Shown in pieces: positions 61,020 to 64,000 of a DNA stretch of 64,000 bases. The position numbers and the translations under genes were made by a program. The notes beneath the pieces are model-generated. The model was not told the DNA's origin. It saw only the letters and a list, made by a program, of their open reading frames with translations, and did no database searches. Numbering within the stretch: the first letter of the stretch is position 1; the number at the start of each line of letters is the position of its first letter. Location: assembly GCA_963777935.1 (NCBI GenBank), contig CAVZSL010000003.1:19957-83956 (forward strand), written 5' to 3'. This stretch comes from an uncultured Chloroflexia bacterium (GTDB lineage Bacteria > Chloroflexota > Anaerolineae > Anaerolineales > UBA4823).

Positions 61020-61377
61020 ATTTAGATATATAATATATTATAAGCATATTCATGTTTATGTCAATAATTTCACATAATCACAAAAAGGAAATAATTGTGG
61101 GAGCCTGGCTCGTCGAAGGTGATTTATAGTATTAATTTACACTCTTGAAAATAATCGGATAAAAAACCATGTCATTTAGCATACACTCGGGATTGAATAT
61201 AAAATTATGCATGGTTGAGGATTTGTTATATTATTTATCATCTGAGGCTTAATATACCAATATCAACAGCTTTCAAGCCTTTCTCAATGTTTGTTCATCG
61301 CGAATTATATTGAATGGTCGGATACCACTCTATGATTCAAGTCACAATATAAACCAACAGCAATTAAGGAGATAACT

Positions 61378-62772
61378 ATGACACAAAAGAAAACCGTATA
61401 CCCATACATCCCTAATTCCGAACCCAATATTAAAGCCCAGATGCTTAAGGATGTTGGCGCGTCTAGCATCGATGAATTCTATAGTGACATTCCAATAGAA
61501 ATACGTCTTAATAGAGAAATGAACCTACCAACACCTTTAACCTCTGAGTATGAGCTACGTCGCCACATAGAAGGAATTCTCGGACAGAATAAAACAACGA
61601 AGCAATATCTTAATTTCCTTGGTGCTGGCTGCTATCAACACCATGTCCCAGCTGTTTGCGACGAGATTAACTCACGCAGCGAGTTCCTCACTGCATATGC
61701 GGGTGAACCATACGATGACCATGGTCGCTTTCAATCACTTTTTGAATACACAAGCATGATGGCTGAACTACTTGAAATGGATGTGGTCAATGTTCCGACA
61801 TATGATGGATTCCAGGCAGCTGCTACTGCATTGCGGATGGCTTGCCGCATCACAAATAGGAATAAAGTCTTATTGCCTGAAACTTTAGGTCGGGATATGT
61901 TATCAAAAATACGTGATTATCTCAAATTCGATATTGAAATTATCCTGGTTAAGCATAATCCATTAACAGGTGGGATTGATATACACCATTTGAAAGAATT
62001 ACTCACCCCTGAAATAGCAGCCGTTTTCTTTGAGAATCCGTCATATCTCGGCTTTTTAGAACTCAAGTGCACTGAAATTACCGAAATAGCCCATGGCCAT
62101 GGCGCAATTTGCATTGTAAACGTTGATCCAATTTCACTGGGGGTATTAAACCCTCCGATTGAATATGGAGCTGACCTTGTCGTCGGTGACATTCAGCCGC
62201 TTGGAATGCACATGTTGTTTGGCGGTGGGCAGGCAGGATTTATTGCCAGCCAAGATGATGAAAAATTTGTAATGCAATATCCATCGCGTTTATTTGGCAT
62301 CGTTCCAACAACGGTAAAAGGCGAGTACGGATTTGGCGATGTGGCTTACGAGCGTACTTCCTTTGCAAAACGTGAAGAAGGTAATGAATGGGTCGGTACG
62401 GCATCGGCGTTATGGGGAATCACGGCTGGAGTTTACCTGGCCTTGATGGGTCCACAAGGGATGAAAGAGATCGGTGAGGGGATCCTATATCGTTCACGAT
62501 ATGCTAAACAGGAAATTGGAAAAATAAATAATGTAAATACTGAGGTTTTTTGTGCACCACATTTCAAGGAATTTGTAGTTAACTTTAACGCTACCGGCAA
62601 GAGAGTAGCTTCTATTAATCAAGGATTGCTTGAAAGAGGAATCTTTGGTGGAAAAGATTTGAGCCATGAATTTCCTTGGCTTGGAGAAAGTGCGTTATAT
62701 TGTTTTACTGAAGTGCATACCAAGGATGACATAGACCTACTGGTATCTTCCCTAAAGGAGGTTTTAGCATGA
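61378..62772 (+). CDS. gcvPA: glycine dehydrogenase (decarboxylating) subunit 1-like protein (GcvPA-like, divergent)
   Basis: 464 aa; AAGGAG SD. The N-terminus YPYIPNSEPNIKAQMLKDVG.. and FLGAGCYQHHVP resemble GcvPA, but the usual TAYTPYQPE-SQG segment reads TAYAGEPYDDHGRFQ. Confidence 0.75.
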   Translation: MTQKKTVYPYIPNSEPNIKAQMLKDVGASSIDEFYSDIPIEIRLNREMNLPTPLTSEYELRRHIEGILGQNKTTKQYLNFLGAGCYQHHVPAVCDEINSRSEFLTAYAGEPYDDHGRFQSLFEYTSMMAELLEMDVVNVPTYDGFQAAATALRMACRITNRNKVLLPETLGRDMLSKIRDYLKFDIEIILVKHNPLTGGIDIHHLKELLTPEIAAVFFENPSYLGFLELKCTEITEIAHGHGAICIVNVDPISLGVLNPPIEYGADLVVGDIQPLGMHMLFGGGQAGFIASQDDEKFVMQYPSRLFGIVPTTVKGEYGFGDVAYERTSFAKREEGNEWVGTASALWGITAGVYLALMGPQGMKEIGEGILYRSRYAKQEIGKINNVNTEVFCAPHFKEFVVNFNATGKRVASINQGLLERGIFGGKDLSHEFPWLGESALYCFTEVHTKDDIDLLVSSLKEVLA

Positions 62773-64000
62773 AAAACATTACCGTTGAGCGTTTTACAGA
62801 TGGCAAGCCTAATCTTCGCCGGTTCCATCAAGCACGGTGGGATGAGCCAGTTATTTTTGAATTGGGTCAACCTGGGCAGAGAGGAATTTTGATTCCAGAG
62901 GTTGATGCAGAAATTAAGACTCAGGTGGGAAATCCACTGGAGGGTATCCCCGATACATTGTGTCGAAAGAGCCCACCCCACTTACCGGAAATATCACAAC
63001 CTGCTGTGGTGAGACATTATGTCCACCTTTCACAGGAGACTCTGGGTGTGGATTGTAATATTGATGTTGGACAGGGCACCTGCACTATGAAATATAGTCC
63101 GAAGGTTAACGACCAACTTGCACGGATGGTTGAGATGACTGAGTTACACCCGCTGCAAGACGAGACATCCGTACAGGGTATTCTTGAGATCTTTTGGCGC
63201 TTTGAACAAATTCTTAAAGAAATTTCTGGATTGGATAGGTTCACACTTCAGCCTGGCGCAGGTTCCGAGGCGATTTATACAAATGCTAGCATAATACGAG
63301 CTTACCATGCATCGCGTGGCGAATTAAACCAGCGAGATGAAATCATCACAACAATTTTCTCACATCCATCAGACGCAGCGTGTGCAAAGGTTGCAGGATT
63401 CAAAGTTATTACACTCTATCCAGACGGTGATGGCTATCCCGACTTAGAGGCTCTCAAGGCCGCTATTTCAGAGAGGACTGCGGGGCTTTTAATCACCAAC
63501 CCTGAAGACACCGGCATATTCAATCCAAAAATTGCCGAATTCACCCGACTTATTCATGCCGCTGGGGGGTTATGTTCTTATGATCAGGCAAACGCTAATG
63601 GAATTCTTGGTATCACACGTGCTCGGGAGGCAGGGTTCGATCTGTGTCATTTCAATCTGCATAAAACTTTCTCTACACCACACGGATGCGGTGGGCCGGC
63701 AGTTGGGGCAACCGGTGTAACGAATGAACTGGTTCGTTTCCTACCTGTCCCATTGGTTGATTTTAATGGTCAAAATTATTATCTGAACTATAACCTGCCA
63801 GATAGTATCGGAAAAATCCGCCCTTTCTATGGAGTAGCCCAAGCAGTTCTAAAAGCATATGCCTGGGTGATGTCATTGGGTGCTGAAGGATTGCGTGAAG
63901 TGGCAGAGGTGGCAGTTTTGAACAACAATTACCTGCTCAATAAAATCCTATCCATCCACGGAGTACGTGCGCCATACGCCGAAGGGAAACGCAGGATCGA
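62769..64000 (+). CDS. gcvPB: glycine dehydrogenase (decarboxylating) subunit 2-like protein (GcvPB-like), 3' end beyond the window
   Basis: ATG 62769 overlaps the upstream stop (ATGA). Frame 3 is open to the window end, so it is absent from the ORF track. Motifs ..VVRHYVHLSQETLGVD..GTCTMKYSPK.. and the PLP-lysine motif FNLHKTFSTPHGCGGP. Confidence 0.8.
   Translation, partial: MKNITVERFTDGKPNLRRFHQARWDEPVIFELGQPGQRGILIPEVDAEIKTQVGNPLEGIPDTLCRKSPPHLPEISQPAVVRHYVHLSQETLGVDCNIDVGQGTCTMKYSPKVNDQLARMVEMTELHPLQDETSVQGILEIFWRFEQILKEISGLDRFTLQPGAGSEAIYTNASIIRAYHASRGELNQRDEIITTIFSHPSDAACAKVAGFKVITLYPDGDGYPDLEALKAAISERTAGLLITNPEDTGIFNPKIAEFTRLIHAAGGLCSYDQANANGILGITRAREAGFDLCHFNLHKTFSTPHGCGGPAVGATGVTNELVRFLPVPLVDFNGQNYYLNYNLPDSIGKIRPFYGVAQAVLKAYAWVMSLGAEGLREVAEVAVLNNNYLLNKILSIHGVRAPYAEGKRRI

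Noticed and set aside
60985-61377. Glycine riboswitch upstream of the gcvPA-like gene
   Set aside because: I looked for the GGAGAG...CACCGAAGGGGCAA-type conserved cores. Only a vague GGGAGCC...CGAAGG fragment is present, with no tandem aptamer architecture.
45891-64000. Integrase, transposase or phage genes marking the putative island
   Set aside because: No ORF on either strand shows recombinase-like motifs. The island hypothesis therefore rests only on the tRNA 3' duplication and the compositional shift, and is reported as such.

Overview
This is a 64-kb bacterial chromosomal segment. Gene content and protein sequences suggest a Chloroflexota/Anaerolineae-like organism, but that is a low-confidence guess from memory, not a search. 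Positions 1-45.7 kb look mostly like core genome. They hold a SARP/NB-ARC/TPR regulator, a BNR beta-propeller plus MoaD-like pair, pepF, DNA-repair genes (Fpg/Nei-like, AlkD-like, mutY), a ChlI-type AAA+/VWA pair, an M16 peptidase pair, acpS, a yxlEFG-like ABC module and a penicillin-acylase-family gene. The conserved rpsB-tsf-pyrH-frr-uppS-cdsA cluster is present but interrupted by two large GT-C-like membrane proteins. It is followed by a textbook SAM-I riboswitch in front of metK, then trxA and tRNA-Lys(UUU). Immediately after the tRNA there is a tandem partial copy of its 3' half, and the sequence becomes visibly more AT-rich (45.9-64 kb). That right-hand region is the most interesting part. 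It carries two non-pyrrolysine MttB-superfamily methyltransferases, each with its own B12-binding corrinoid protein, plus a peptide/opine-type ABC importer, a DUF554 membrane protein, a GntR regulator and a sequence-divergent two-subunit GcvP-like PLP decarboxylase. This is a candidate uncharacterised methylated-amine or quaternary-amine demethylation locus. A second major observation is that about ten genes, including essential frr and acpS, are broken by single-base frame changes. Several of these sit in short homopolymers and nearly all behave as one extra base, which points to assembly or basecalling error rather than real pseudogenes. No CRISPR array, rRNA, transposase or integrase was seen.
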